Of a stretch of DNA of 64,000 bases, positions 8,957 through 17,793 are shown in pieces. The notes beneath the pieces are model-generated. The model was given only the letters and a program-made list of their open reading frames with translations, did not search any database and was not told the DNA's origin. The stretch covers positions 9,923-73,922 of the forward strand of contig JBPOIC010000027.1 of NCBI GenBank assembly GCA_052034865.1, read 5' to 3'. Both the position numbers and the translations under genes were made by a program. Numbering within the stretch: position 1 is the stretch's first letter; every line of letters begins with the position of its first letter. Source of the stretch: Myxococcota bacterium. GTDB taxonomy: Bacteria > UBA10199 > JADFYH01.

Positions 8957-10363
8957 TTATAGAGGTCTCATTCTTGCGGGTGGGTCGTCAGCGGGGAGCG
9001 GTGGTGGCATTTCGTGTCGACCTGATTGGGGAGGAGGTACAGAAAGTTTTGGAAGACGTCCTGTTTCGATAGGAACAAATTCTCTCCCAGGAAATAGAGC
9101 AGTTAAAAGATCTCTATGCATTCCAATATTTTCTCTAAAAAGAGATTCCATCAAAAAACTTAATTCTTCTGCGTCCAGAGACCGAGCAATTCCGTTCAGT
9201 TTGATAATGACTCCCTCAAGCGATAATTTACCCTTTCCAAAATATGCTGGTATGAATTCATCGGTCCAAATTCTGAGAAAATCCAAAATTGGCATAGGGA
9301 TGTTTTTTCTACCATTTGTTGGAGGAGCATCAACACGTGGAAGTTCTCCCTGTGGAGGCATTCGATAAGGCCCCCCTCTATTTGTCCCAGGCTTAACCGT
9401 CGCGGCGTCTGATCGTTGCACGACTGCTGGGACGCCTTCTCGGATTGTTTTCAAGTGTCCTACAGGTGGTGTCGATCCTCTCTGTGGAGGTGAATGCGGA
9501 GGTTCAGTCTGAGCATATCCTAAATCTCCAGCTGCTGCTGCAGGAGCTGCCCTTCCTCCCTGCGCAACCGTGGGTGAAGATCTTCGAGCAGGAGTAGGAC
9601 TTGGAATCTCTGCAACCACTGGCGGAGGAGATTCAGGAGGTGGTGGAATCTCTACAGCAGGAAGTTTCGGAGAAGGTTCAACAGCAGCGTGTTTTGGAGA
9701 GGTTGTTCCAAAGAGTTTGCGGGTCCATCCATTAGGAAGATGTAATGAAATGCTCTTGCCCGCATAACTAAAAGCTAAAGGAAGCAAGCTCATCCCTGCC
9801 AATGAAACCCCGGCGCCCATGTTGTAGAAATTTTCACGGCGTTGTTCTGGAGTTTTGGCGCCTATCGCTTCGGCTGCATTCCATAGAGTTTTACCAATCC
9901 CATACGCATATCCTCCGCCAATCGCGAGAGCCCCTAGCACAACCCCAGCGGGAGGATAAAGACAACCCACAACTCCAAAAAAGAGAAAGCCACCGCCGAG
10001 AGTTAGCTTCGACTCGATAGTGCTGAGATCGAGGCTGGAAGTCAGTCCATTCAAATAATAATCGGTATATCCTGCTCGAAATCGATCCTTTCCATACTTA
10101 TAGAGATCTTCAGCCTTCGCAAGCTCGACTCCACTCATTTCATCCTTAAAGATCGCCCGAACAATGGATGACTCTCTCTGTTCGTCTAAAAGAGATTGGG
10201 TCTTTTCGGGCCCTAGCTGATCTTTCACCGCCTGCTGAAATTGCTCAGAAAGCTCTGGTTTGTGAACCATACTCACAATCTCGTACACCACTTCTTCATC
10301 AGTCCCGAGCTTGTCGACTGTGGCTGCAATGAATTGGCGGGCCAATGCCCGAATTTCGCTCAT
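8957..10363 (-). CDS. orphan membrane protein: annexin-like GTDE motif, glycine-zipper TM segments, proline-rich linker, unknown C-terminal domain
   Basis: 468-aa ORF. N-terminus ...VDKLGTDEEVVYEIV...KDEMSGVELAKAEDL. Hydrophobic GGGFLFFGVVGCLYPPAGVVLGALAIGGGYAYGIG. PPPPESPPP and PPPLPADDPP tracts. Confidence 0.7.
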   Translation of the reverse strand: MSEIRALARQFIAATVDKLGTDEEVVYEIVSMVHKPELSEQFQQAVKDQLGPEKTQSLLDEQRESSIVRAIFKDEMSGVELAKAEDLYKYGKDRFRAGYTDYYLNGLTSSLDLSTIESKLTLGGGFLFFGVVGCLYPPAGVVLGALAIGGGYAYGIGKTLWNAAEAIGAKTPEQRRENFYNMGAGVSLAGMSLLPLAFSYAGKSISLHLPNGWTRKLFGTTSPKHAAVEPSPKLPAVEIPPPPESPPPVVAEIPSPTPARRSSPTVAQGGRAAPAAAAGDLGYAQTEPPHSPPQRGSTPPVGHLKTIREGVPAVVQRSDAATVKPGTNRGGPYRMPPQGELPRVDAPPTNGRKNIPMPILDFLRIWTDEFIPAYFGKGKLSLEGVIIKLNGIARSLDAEELSFLMESLFRENIGMHRDLLTALFPGREFVPIETGRLPKLSVPPPQSGRHEMPPPLPADDPPARMRPL

Positions 10364-10606
10364 CTAAAAAATCTCCGGTTTTCGGACGCAATGGTCCGGT
10401 TGGAAACCGCGCCAATACCCAATTGGCGCGTATAAGCAAGTTATCGCTTCAACACCAGTAGAGTTGTGTCAAAAAATCAACAGCTTTTTATTATGATATG
10501 GAAGTATCGGGAATGATTGATTTTTCTTATAAGGGAAAAACAAGAAAGACAAGCAGAATGGGGATTTGCAAGGAGAAGTTATAGAAATTCCAGGTAGGGC
10601 GCGTTT

Positions 10607-10837
10607 TTAAGCAGCTTCCGATTCGAGCTGGCTCAGCATTTCCAAAATAGCAAAACGAATATGCGCCTCTTTGACGGTTTGTACGTGCTCGTCGTAGCGC
10701 TCTTTCACCAATTTTACGAGACGATCAAACTCACCATCTACCGATTCCAAATCGGCCTCGGTGAGATGTGGCCATTTTTGAAGGATGAAAGGCTTTATTT
10801 GTTTCCAGTGATTTTGTAATCGATTTGGGGTGGACAT
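10607..10837 (-). CDS. CsbD/YjbJ-like stress response protein
   Basis: NHWKQIKPFILQKWPHLTEADLESVDGEFDRLVKLVKERY parallels the CsbD pattern nWkq.kG.vke.WgkLTdDDl..i.G....L.g.iqerYG. Confidence 0.65.
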   Translation of the reverse strand: MSTPNRLQNHWKQIKPFILQKWPHLTEADLESVDGEFDRLVKLVKERYDEHVQTVKEAHIRFAILEMLSQLESEAA

Positions 10838-10956
10838 GGTGCTTCTATAGCGAGGAGGGTTTTTATCTTCAAGTATTTCCAGGGGTTCATTTGAGAAATG
10901 TTGGGAGTGAATTTTTCTCGTTGCGAATGAAGCAAGAGGGGGCGGGGAGATAGAAG

Positions 10957-11085
10957 GCAGAAGACAAAAGAAAACCCTCCAAAATCAATCTTCTTGTAGC
11001 CCCCCCACAGGCAGATCGCAAAGACAAGGATTTCGTCTTTGCGAACGAAACGAAGTGAAGCGAAGCAATCCAGTGGATTCAATTT
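10957..11085. repeat. dispersed intergenic repeat, copy 2 (shorter and more degenerate)
   Basis: GCAGAAGACAaAAG..AAAACCCT..TTCTTGTAG..GTCTTTGCGAACGAAACGAAGTGAAGCGAAGCAATCCAGTGGaTTCAA. Contains the hairpin GCAAAGAC..GTCTTTGC. Confidence 0.65.
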
Positions 11086-11172
11086 CACTGCAACTCCGCC
11101 TCTGGCGGACTGCCTTGAAGAAGTAAAAAAAATCTCTATCGATTTCCAACCATCAACATCTAAAGGAACCTT

Positions 11173-12339
11173 ATGCCTCAGCATTTTAGCGAATCAGAAA
11201 TCCATCATTACCGCTCTCTTTTTCCCGTTACCGAACGCTACGTGTATTTCAACCATGCCGGCGTTGCGCCGATCAGTCGACCGGTTGCAGAAGCAATTCA
11301 TCAATTTACACAAGAGTCTTTAGAGCACGGTTTTGTCTGGGGGCCGCAATGGCATCAGGAAATCGAGCAGATTCGTACTCGTGCGGCCCATCTGATCGGA
11401 GCGGGTGCGAGTGAAATCGCTTTTGTGAAAAACACCTCGCACGGTATTTCTTTGGTGGCTCAAGGACTTTCTTGGAAAGCGGGCGATGAAGTCGTGATCG
11501 CCGAGGGAGAATTTCCAGCCAATGTTTATCCCTGGATGGCGCTTGAATCGAAGGGAGTCGTTCTTAAAAAAATCCCCGTGCAGGATGGAGAACTCGTCCT
11601 CGCCACACTCGATTCACTCATCACTCATCGCACGCGCGTAGTTTCGCTCAGCTCGGTGCAGTACGGGAATGGATTCCGGCTGCCCATCGAAAAAATAGGT
11701 CATCTCTGTCGGAATCGCGGGATTTATTTTCACCTGGATGCCATTCAAAGTCTGGGCGCCTTTCCGATTGAGGTCGGATTGGATAAAGTGGATTTTCTAT
11801 CGGCGGATGCCCACAAGTGGTTACTGGGACCGGAAGGCATCGGGATTTTTTACGCGCGCAAGGAGTTGATCGGAGAATTGAATCCAACCCTGATAGGATG
11901 GAATAGCGTCGAGCACGCTTTGGATTTCGATCATATCCATTTCCAACTCAAATCCAGCGCTCAGCGCTTTGAAGAGGGAAGCCACTGCGCCCTTTCAATT
12001 TATGCCTTGGGGGCAGCGATCGATCTCATTACAAAAATCGGTATAGAGCGCATTGCGGCGCGCATTCTTTATCTGACAGACTTGCTCGCCGAGGGGCTTC
12101 AAAGACGGGGCATGATCCTTACCCATTGCTTAAAACCCGAAGCACGCTCAGGAATTGTGACATGCCGTCTTCCGGATGATCCGAAAGGAGTACGTTTGCA
12201 CGCGATGGAGCGTGGGCTTTTTTCAAAAAATATTTTTGTCTCCATTCGTCAGGGGAACTTAAGATTTTCACCTCATTTTTATAATACTGAAGAAGAAGTG
12301 AATCAGATCCTGAAGGTCATCGATGATTTTGGAGGATGA
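11173..12339 (+). CDS. class V aminotransferase (cysteine desulfurase / selenocysteine lyase-like)
   Basis: SADAHKWLLGPEG contains the PLP lysine. 388 aa. Confidence 0.8.
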   Translation: MPQHFSESEIHHYRSLFPVTERYVYFNHAGVAPISRPVAEAIHQFTQESLEHGFVWGPQWHQEIEQIRTRAAHLIGAGASEIAFVKNTSHGISLVAQGLSWKAGDEVVIAEGEFPANVYPWMALESKGVVLKKIPVQDGELVLATLDSLITHRTRVVSLSSVQYGNGFRLPIEKIGHLCRNRGIYFHLDAIQSLGAFPIEVGLDKVDFLSADAHKWLLGPEGIGIFYARKELIGELNPTLIGWNSVEHALDFDHIHFQLKSSAQRFEEGSHCALSIYALGAAIDLITKIGIERIAARILYLTDLLAEGLQRRGMILTHCLKPEARSGIVTCRLPDDPKGVRLHAMERGLFSKNIFVSIRQGNLRFSPHFYNTEEEVNQILKVIDDFGG

Positions 12340-13136
12340 GGATGAAAATTCAATCTTTGAAGGGACAGCGTATTTTAATTACCGGAGCCTCGATGGGGAT
12401 TGGGCGTGAGCTGGCACTCGAGTGTGCACGAAGCGGAGCCGAAATTCTTTACTTGATTGCTCGTAGCGAAGAGAAACTTCATCAGGTCGCGAAAGAAGTT
12501 CGCTCCTTTGGGGCAGAAGCAACCGCGCTTGCTTGCGACATCACCCAGAATGAACAACAAGAAAATCTCATCCGAACAATTCTGGCAGATACTAAACCCC
12601 TGGATATCATCATCCACAATGCAGGCAAAGGCATGTACTCCTATGCCGCACATGCTCCGCTTTCAGAAGTCCGCTCACTCTTTGAGCTAAATTTCTTCGC
12701 TCCGCTCGTCCTTTTTCAAAAACTCATGCCTGCGCTTCAAAAACCTGGAGGACGGCTTGTTTTCATTTCCTCGATCGCAGGCCACATCGCTGTTCCAAAA
12801 ATGTCGGCATATTGTGCTTCCAAATCGGCTTTAAATGCCATGGTGGAATCTTTGCGTGTCGAATGTAAATCTCAGGGAATTCATGTTTTAAATGTCTATC
12901 CTGGCCTTACTCAAACCGACTTTTCCAAACACGCCCCAACCATCGACCCAAGACCCGAGGCATTTTCTACTTTAAGTCGTGGTCTTCCTGCAGATGTTGT
13001 GGCTCGAAAAATTGTGCGGGCGATCTCTTTGAAAAAACGGGATGAATGGATCACCTTTTCGAACCGATTTTTCGCTGGCATGCACACGCATTTTCCCAAA
13101 ATCTTTGATTGGGCGATGAAGCGCTTTGTGCGCTGA
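12336..13136 (+). CDS. SDR family oxidoreductase
   Basis: ILITGASMGIGRE and YCASKSAL motifs. 4-nt overlap with the upstream gene. Confidence 0.85.
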   Translation: MRMKIQSLKGQRILITGASMGIGRELALECARSGAEILYLIARSEEKLHQVAKEVRSFGAEATALACDITQNEQQENLIRTILADTKPLDIIIHNAGKGMYSYAAHAPLSEVRSLFELNFFAPLVLFQKLMPALQKPGGRLVFISSIAGHIAVPKMSAYCASKSALNAMVESLRVECKSQGIHVLNVYPGLTQTDFSKHAPTIDPRPEAFSTLSRGLPADVVARKIVRAISLKKRDEWITFSNRFFAGMHTHFPKIFDWAMKRFVR

Positions 13137-13220
13137 GAGATTTTTTCCATTCACATTCATCATTCATCTTATCATCTCTTAAAGAGAGCCGGATTTTTCT
13201 ACATGGCACTTAAGGCCAGT

Positions 13221-13670
13221 TTAGGGAGATTTCATTTGAGAGATCAAATGCTCATGAATTTCTTTCTCACTCATCCATTCTGCAAAATTTTTTGTCCGGG
13301 TCTTTTGGACCACAGTTTTCAATCTCTCCGACAGATGAGCTTTTAACTCTCCCAAGAATTGCGCGGGTGCCATGAGGATCAACCGCTCAAATCCCTTTGC
13401 AGCCAATTCCTTTTCCAAAAGATGAAGGATTTCTTTGGCGAAAATCTCTCGTTCATGTGCGTGCGGAGAGATTTCCGGACTCATGCCATGCCTTGCACTA
13501 CCCTGACTGCTGAAGGTTCGCCCCGGACGATCGGATGAGAATTCCTGATCCTTTTTACGTCCTGCAGGATGATTCAACTCATCCATTAGCTGAAGCTCCC
13601 GCTCAATATTTTTGGTTTTGTAGATACGAGCGTAAGAATCATTGGCAATGACGATGCAGGTGATTGGCAT
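13221..13670 (-). CDS. host attachment protein family (baeRF12-type release-factor-like)
   Basis: IVIANDSYARIY..., RPGRTFSS.GSARHGM.P...PH..E...FAKEI...L......F.RLILMAPAQFLGELK matches the Host_attach family layout. Confidence 0.8.
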   Translation of the reverse strand: MPITCIVIANDSYARIYKTKNIERELQLMDELNHPAGRKKDQEFSSDRPGRTFSSQGSARHGMSPEISPHAHEREIFAKEILHLLEKELAAKGFERLILMAPAQFLGELKAHLSERLKTVVQKTRTKNFAEWMSEKEIHEHLISQMKSP

Positions 13671-13816
13671 AGATTACTTTTAGATAAATGTAATTTTTCG
13701 ATCCTATTCAAGTGGGCGGCCTGCACTATTATTGATTCAGGATGGAATTGAGAAAGACTGCTTGTTTTGTGAAAGACGGATTGGATTGAATGAAGTTTGG
13801 AAAACAAGGAGGACTT

Positions 13817-14044
13817 ATGAAATCAGCTCAGGAGATAAAAAAAACGAAAAAACAGAAGGGTACCCATCGAAGAGAAACAGGAAAAAAATCGATTTTGGAT
13901 TCTTATACAATTCCAGATTCCGATCAGCCTGCCGAGTTGATGACCCTATACGGGCACTCATTGATGAAACAGGATTCTATGAAAGATCGCTTTGGAGCTA
14001 AAATTCCCAAAAAGGGTTCCAAGATCGAAACGGAAAGATTTTAA
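13817..14044 (+). CDS. small basic hypothetical protein (75 aa)
   Basis: ATG at 13817 lies 5 nt after AAGGAGG (13806-13812). Product MKSAQEIKKTKKQKGTHRRETGKK... No family recognised. Confidence 0.45.
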   Translation: MKSAQEIKKTKKQKGTHRRETGKKSILDSYTIPDSDQPAELMTLYGHSLMKQDSMKDRFGAKIPKKGSKIETERF

Positions 14045-14150
14045 TTATTATATTTTATATAATAATATCATATATTTATATTTTTATTTTGTTCAGGGAT
14101 TGGAGGTGTAAATATTAAAAAGAGAAGGCATTGTTGTCTCGATTAACACT

Positions 14151-14165
14151 TGAAAGTTACTTTCA
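14151..14165. promoter_or_regulatory. perfect 7-1-7 palindrome TGAAAGT-T-ACTTTCA (candidate Fur/PerR-family type operator)
   Basis: Read directly from the sequence. A half-conserved second copy CGAAAAT-A-ACTTTCA lies at 14212-14226, just upstream of the cytochrome c peroxidase-like gene. Confidence 0.4.
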
Positions 14166-14248
14166 TTTAAATTGACAACGGATGAGTGAGAGTGTAGCTG
14201 GGCGAAAAACACGAAAATAACTTTCATCTTCTAAATGTGAGGCGACGC

Positions 14249-15958
14249 ATGTCTTTTCTTCTTAAGCGATTAGCTGTTTTTTCATCTATCCTTTTGTTGT
14301 TCACAGGCTGCTTGCAGGATCTTGAAAGCAATGCTCCAGTGAGTGCCTCGCTAAGTGAGGAAGAAGAAGGAGATCCAGCAGAGGTCGTGATCGGTGAGAG
14401 GCTTTTCCTGGAAACCCGCTTCGCCCAGTTTTTTCAAAAAAATTTTAATGGTGATTTTAATGTTGCCCTCATTCAAGGGGACCCGGTGATGAACCTTACC
14501 CAGGCTTTGAGTGGCAATTTTCCTGGCCCTTTTAAAGGCCAGAGTATGAATTGCCGGGCCTGTCATTTGGTGGATGAACAATGGGGTGTTCTAGGAGGAG
14601 GGATGCGCACATACAGCGATTTTGCCCGTCGCAGTCCCATTCCAGCGCGTGAGGATGGGCAACAGTTTGCTCCCCGAAATTCTCCCGCCCTGGTGAATGC
14701 AACCTTGCCACACAATGCAGATACCTTCCTTCATTTCGATGGAGAATTTTCGACAATCGAAGATCTCGTACGCGCCACCCTTCTTGGAAGAAACTATGGA
14801 TGGTTAGCTGATGAAGAGAATGAAGCGATTTTACACGTAGCCGATGTGATTCGATTCGATAGCGGATCGGGAAGTTTGGCTCAGGATTTTAGCGGTCTTT
14901 CGTATTCAGAACTTTTGTTAGGTGAAAGTGCCAATATTCCAGAGGAATACCTTCTGCCTGTTGAATACCGCTTGGATGTCAGCAACGCCAGCAGCGATCA
15001 GATTCTGAATGCAGTTGCAAAGCTGATTGGGGCCTATGTCAATTCCCTGGTTTTTGCCCAAAATGAAAATGGGGAGTTTGCAGGATCGCCTTACGATGTG
15101 TTTCTTCAAAAAAATAATCTTCCCGCTCGACCCAATCCGGGAGAATCTGATCTGGCCTACAGTCGACGTTTGCTCGATTTAATCAAAAAACTTTCAAAAC
15201 CTCAGTATGTGAGCTCGCTGGATCGCAACTTTGCCTTCCACGATCAGGAGTTTTTATTTGGCCCAACAGAGCTGGAAGGACTGCGCATTTTCTTAAGTGA
15301 ACCCCCAAGCCTCCCCTTGTCTTCGAGTGTAAAGACCTTTGGAAAAACAGGAAACTGCCTGGCATGTCATGCCGCGCCTGCGTTTTCAGATTTCCGGTTT
15401 CACAACACAGGAATTGCTCAGGAGGAATACGATTCCATTCATGGAGATGGGTCTTTTAGTTCCCTTTCGATTCCCAGCCTTGCGATTCGAAACCTGAACC
15501 CTTCGGACTATCTGCCCCCCTCTTCCCTTTATCCCAATGCTGCGGGAAAATTTATCGATATTCCAGCGCTTAACAAGCCCGGACGTACAGATTTAGGGCT
15601 TTGGAACCGCTATGCCAATGAGGCCAATCCCAAATCTCAGGCAGGGCTGAATTATCTGTTGTGCAAAATGTTTAAAGATCAGGCGGCTTCTTGCACACCG
15701 GAAGATCTTTTGCCGTTCACGATTAGTCTATTTAAAACCCCAGGACTACGGGATCTGGGAGATTCGGCTCCTTATTTCCATAATGGCTCAAAGGATACGC
15801 TGGAGGATACCGTTCAGCACTATCTTGATTTCTCAACTCTTTCTCAAAATGGAAAAATGAGAAATCCTCCCCTTGAATTTCAATCGATCGCTATTCAGCC
15901 CCAAGATATCGCCCCTCTCGCGGCATTCCTAAGATCTTTGAACGAAGATTATAATTGA
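14249..15958 (+). CDS. di-haem cytochrome c peroxidase/MauG-family lipoprotein
   Basis: Two CxxCH motifs (CRACH, CLACH), FKTPGLRDLGDSAPYFHNGS, and lipobox LFTGC. ATG at 14249 preferred over GTG at 14237. Confidence 0.85.
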   Translation: MSFLLKRLAVFSSILLLFTGCLQDLESNAPVSASLSEEEEGDPAEVVIGERLFLETRFAQFFQKNFNGDFNVALIQGDPVMNLTQALSGNFPGPFKGQSMNCRACHLVDEQWGVLGGGMRTYSDFARRSPIPAREDGQQFAPRNSPALVNATLPHNADTFLHFDGEFSTIEDLVRATLLGRNYGWLADEENEAILHVADVIRFDSGSGSLAQDFSGLSYSELLLGESANIPEEYLLPVEYRLDVSNASSDQILNAVAKLIGAYVNSLVFAQNENGEFAGSPYDVFLQKNNLPARPNPGESDLAYSRRLLDLIKKLSKPQYVSSLDRNFAFHDQEFLFGPTELEGLRIFLSEPPSLPLSSSVKTFGKTGNCLACHAAPAFSDFRFHNTGIAQEEYDSIHGDGSFSSLSIPSLAIRNLNPSDYLPPSSLYPNAAGKFIDIPALNKPGRTDLGLWNRYANEANPKSQAGLNYLLCKMFKDQAASCTPEDLLPFTISLFKTPGLRDLGDSAPYFHNGSKDTLEDTVQHYLDFSTLSQNGKMRNPPLEFQSIAIQPQDIAPLAAFLRSLNEDYN

Positions 15959-15998
15959 GGGATAGACGGACTTTACCAAGAACATCCGGCAAGAAAGA

Positions 15999-16032
15999 GG
16001 ATTCAGTTCGGCTCCAGGATCGAGCTGAATCC
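15999..16032 (+). terminator. 12-bp stem hairpin downstream of the peroxidase gene (no clear U-tract)
   Basis: GGATTCAGTTCG-N10-CGAGCTGAATCC with one G-T pair. Confidence 0.35.
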
Positions 16033-16087
16033 GCCAAGTGGATCTTTAAGAGTTTTCGGGCCAGGATTCTCCCCTGAAAATCTCATC

Positions 16088-16116
16088 TTGCATCCAATCA
16101 TTGAATTCACTAAAAG
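16088..16116 (+). promoter_or_regulatory. possible sigma-70 promoter for tRNA-His
   Basis: TTGCAT, a 17-nt spacer, then TAAAAG, ending 15 nt before the tRNA 5' end. The -10 element is weak. Confidence 0.3.
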
Positions 16117-16131
16117 AGGATCCGAATTGAT

Positions 16132-16205
16132 GGTGGGCGTAGCTCAAGTGGTAGAGCATCAGATTGTGATTCTGAGGGTCGCGGGTTCGAGCCCCGTCGC
16201 TCACC
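16132..16205 (+). tRNA. tRNA-His (anticodon GTG)
   Basis: Cloverleaf folded by hand: extra G-1, acceptor GTGGGCG/CGCTCAC, D arm GCTC-AAGTGGTA-GAGC, anticodon arm TCAGA-TTGTGAT-TCTGA, T arm GCGGG-TTCGAGC-CCCGT, discriminator C. No encoded CCA. Confidence 0.92.
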
Positions 16206-16261
16206 TTATCCTTCCTTTAAGATTTTGACGAACTTCCTCCAATCCTTTAATTCTGTTTTTC

Positions 16262-17626
16262 ATGTCCAAAACAACCACTGTTTACTCCTGTCAAAACTGC
16301 GGTTATCAATCTCCCAAATGGCTCGGCAAATGCCCCGACTGTGGCAAGTGGAATACCCTGGCTGAAGAAACCAAAGAAACCTCTGTACCCACAAGCTCGC
16401 GATTTTCCGGAAACGATTTTTTCACTTTAACCTCCGAACCCACCCCCCTTTCTCAAGTCAGCCCTCAGGATTTTGCACGCTTTACTTCTGCCAACGAAGA
16501 GCTGGACAGGCTTTTGGGAGGAGGAATCGTTCCTGGCTCTCTAACTTTGCTCGGTGGCGATCCCGGAATTGGGAAATCCACTCTTGTATTACAGATGCTA
16601 GGTGCGGTTTCTAAAAATGATCCCGTCCTTTATATCTCGGGTGAAGAATCAGCCCATCAAATCAAGCTTCGAGCGGACCGATTGGGCGTGCGTTCGGATG
16701 CGCTGTATGTGCTTTCCGAAAACAACCTGCGCAAGGCCATCGAAGCAGTGGGAAAAATCAAGCCCAAGCTGCTGGTCATTGATTCCATCCAAACCGTTTT
16801 TCTTCCCGAATTTGAATCCGCTCCAGGCTCACTTACTCAAGTGCGTGAGTGCGCGGGCAAGCTTCTTTATCTGACCAAAAGTCAGAACATGGCGACCTGG
16901 GTGGTGGGTCACATGACCAAAGAAGGGATGATCGCCGGGCCGAAGGTGCTGGAACATTTAGTGGATACGGTTTTGTATTTTGAGGGCGATAAAGGTCAGC
17001 CCTACCGCCTGCTGCGTGCAAATAAAAACCGGTTTGGATCGACGAACGAAGTCGGAGTTTTTGAAATGGTGGGACAGGGACTTTTGCCGGTTCAGAATCC
17101 TTCCTCCCTGTTTCTTTCCGAATCGACCGAGCTATCGCCTGGATCGGCCGTCGTTTCTAGTCTCGAAGGTACGCGCCCTTTTTTGGTGGAGGTCCAGGTT
17201 TTGGTCACCTCCTCCAATTTGGCCATGCCCCGCCGTATTTCGTTAGGAGTAGATGGAAATCGCCTCTCCTTACTCATCGCCATTTTAGAAAAAATAGTTG
17301 GGCTTTCGTTTGCGGGACAGGACGTCTTTGTGAATGTCGTCGGAGGATTTCGCTTAAGCGAAACCGGTTGTGATCTTGGAATTCTGGCCGCCCTGGCCTC
17401 CAGTCATCGGGGGAAGGCTTTAAAAAAAGGGACCGTTCTCATCGGTGAATCGGGCTTAAATGGAGAGCTGAGAGCCGTGCCCCATCTGGATTTGAGACTG
17501 AAGGAAATAGAACGCCTGGGATTTTCGCGTGTGATCCTTCCGAATCGTGGCACCCAGGCCAAAAGCAAAAAACTCGAGCTCATTTTTTCCAAAAAGGTGG
17601 AGGATGCGTTGGAAGAAGTGTTGTGA
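16262..17626 (+). CDS. radA: DNA repair protein RadA/Sms
   Basis: N-terminal zinc finger CQNCGY...CPDCGKWNT, Walker A GGDPGIGKST, KNRFG motif, Lon-like C-terminal domain. Confidence 0.95.
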   Translation: MSKTTTVYSCQNCGYQSPKWLGKCPDCGKWNTLAEETKETSVPTSSRFSGNDFFTLTSEPTPLSQVSPQDFARFTSANEELDRLLGGGIVPGSLTLLGGDPGIGKSTLVLQMLGAVSKNDPVLYISGEESAHQIKLRADRLGVRSDALYVLSENNLRKAIEAVGKIKPKLLVIDSIQTVFLPEFESAPGSLTQVRECAGKLLYLTKSQNMATWVVGHMTKEGMIAGPKVLEHLVDTVLYFEGDKGQPYRLLRANKNRFGSTNEVGVFEMVGQGLLPVQNPSSLFLSESTELSPGSAVVSSLEGTRPFLVEVQVLVTSSNLAMPRRISLGVDGNRLSLLIAILEKIVGLSFAGQDVFVNVVGGFRLSETGCDLGILAALASSHRGKALKKGTVLIGESGLNGELRAVPHLDLRLKEIERLGFSRVILPNRGTQAKSKKLELIFSKKVEDALEEVL

Positions 17627-17793
17627 AAGAGGGAACGTATGTTTTCACATTACCTGAAAAAAAGTCATGACTGTTTTCTAGGTATGTAGAACGCTTTCGG
17701 AGATCTAAAAAGAAATTCGAAGATCTTGCAGAAAGCCCTCCTCCTACGATTGAATGATTTGTGTTCCGACTCACCTAAATAAAGGAGAACCCC

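Noticed and set aside
10795-11323. 129-aa (minus) and 94-aa (plus) ORFs
   Set aside because: Both run through copy 2 of the dispersed repeat and into neighbouring genes. Their composition is implausible and they have no RBS.
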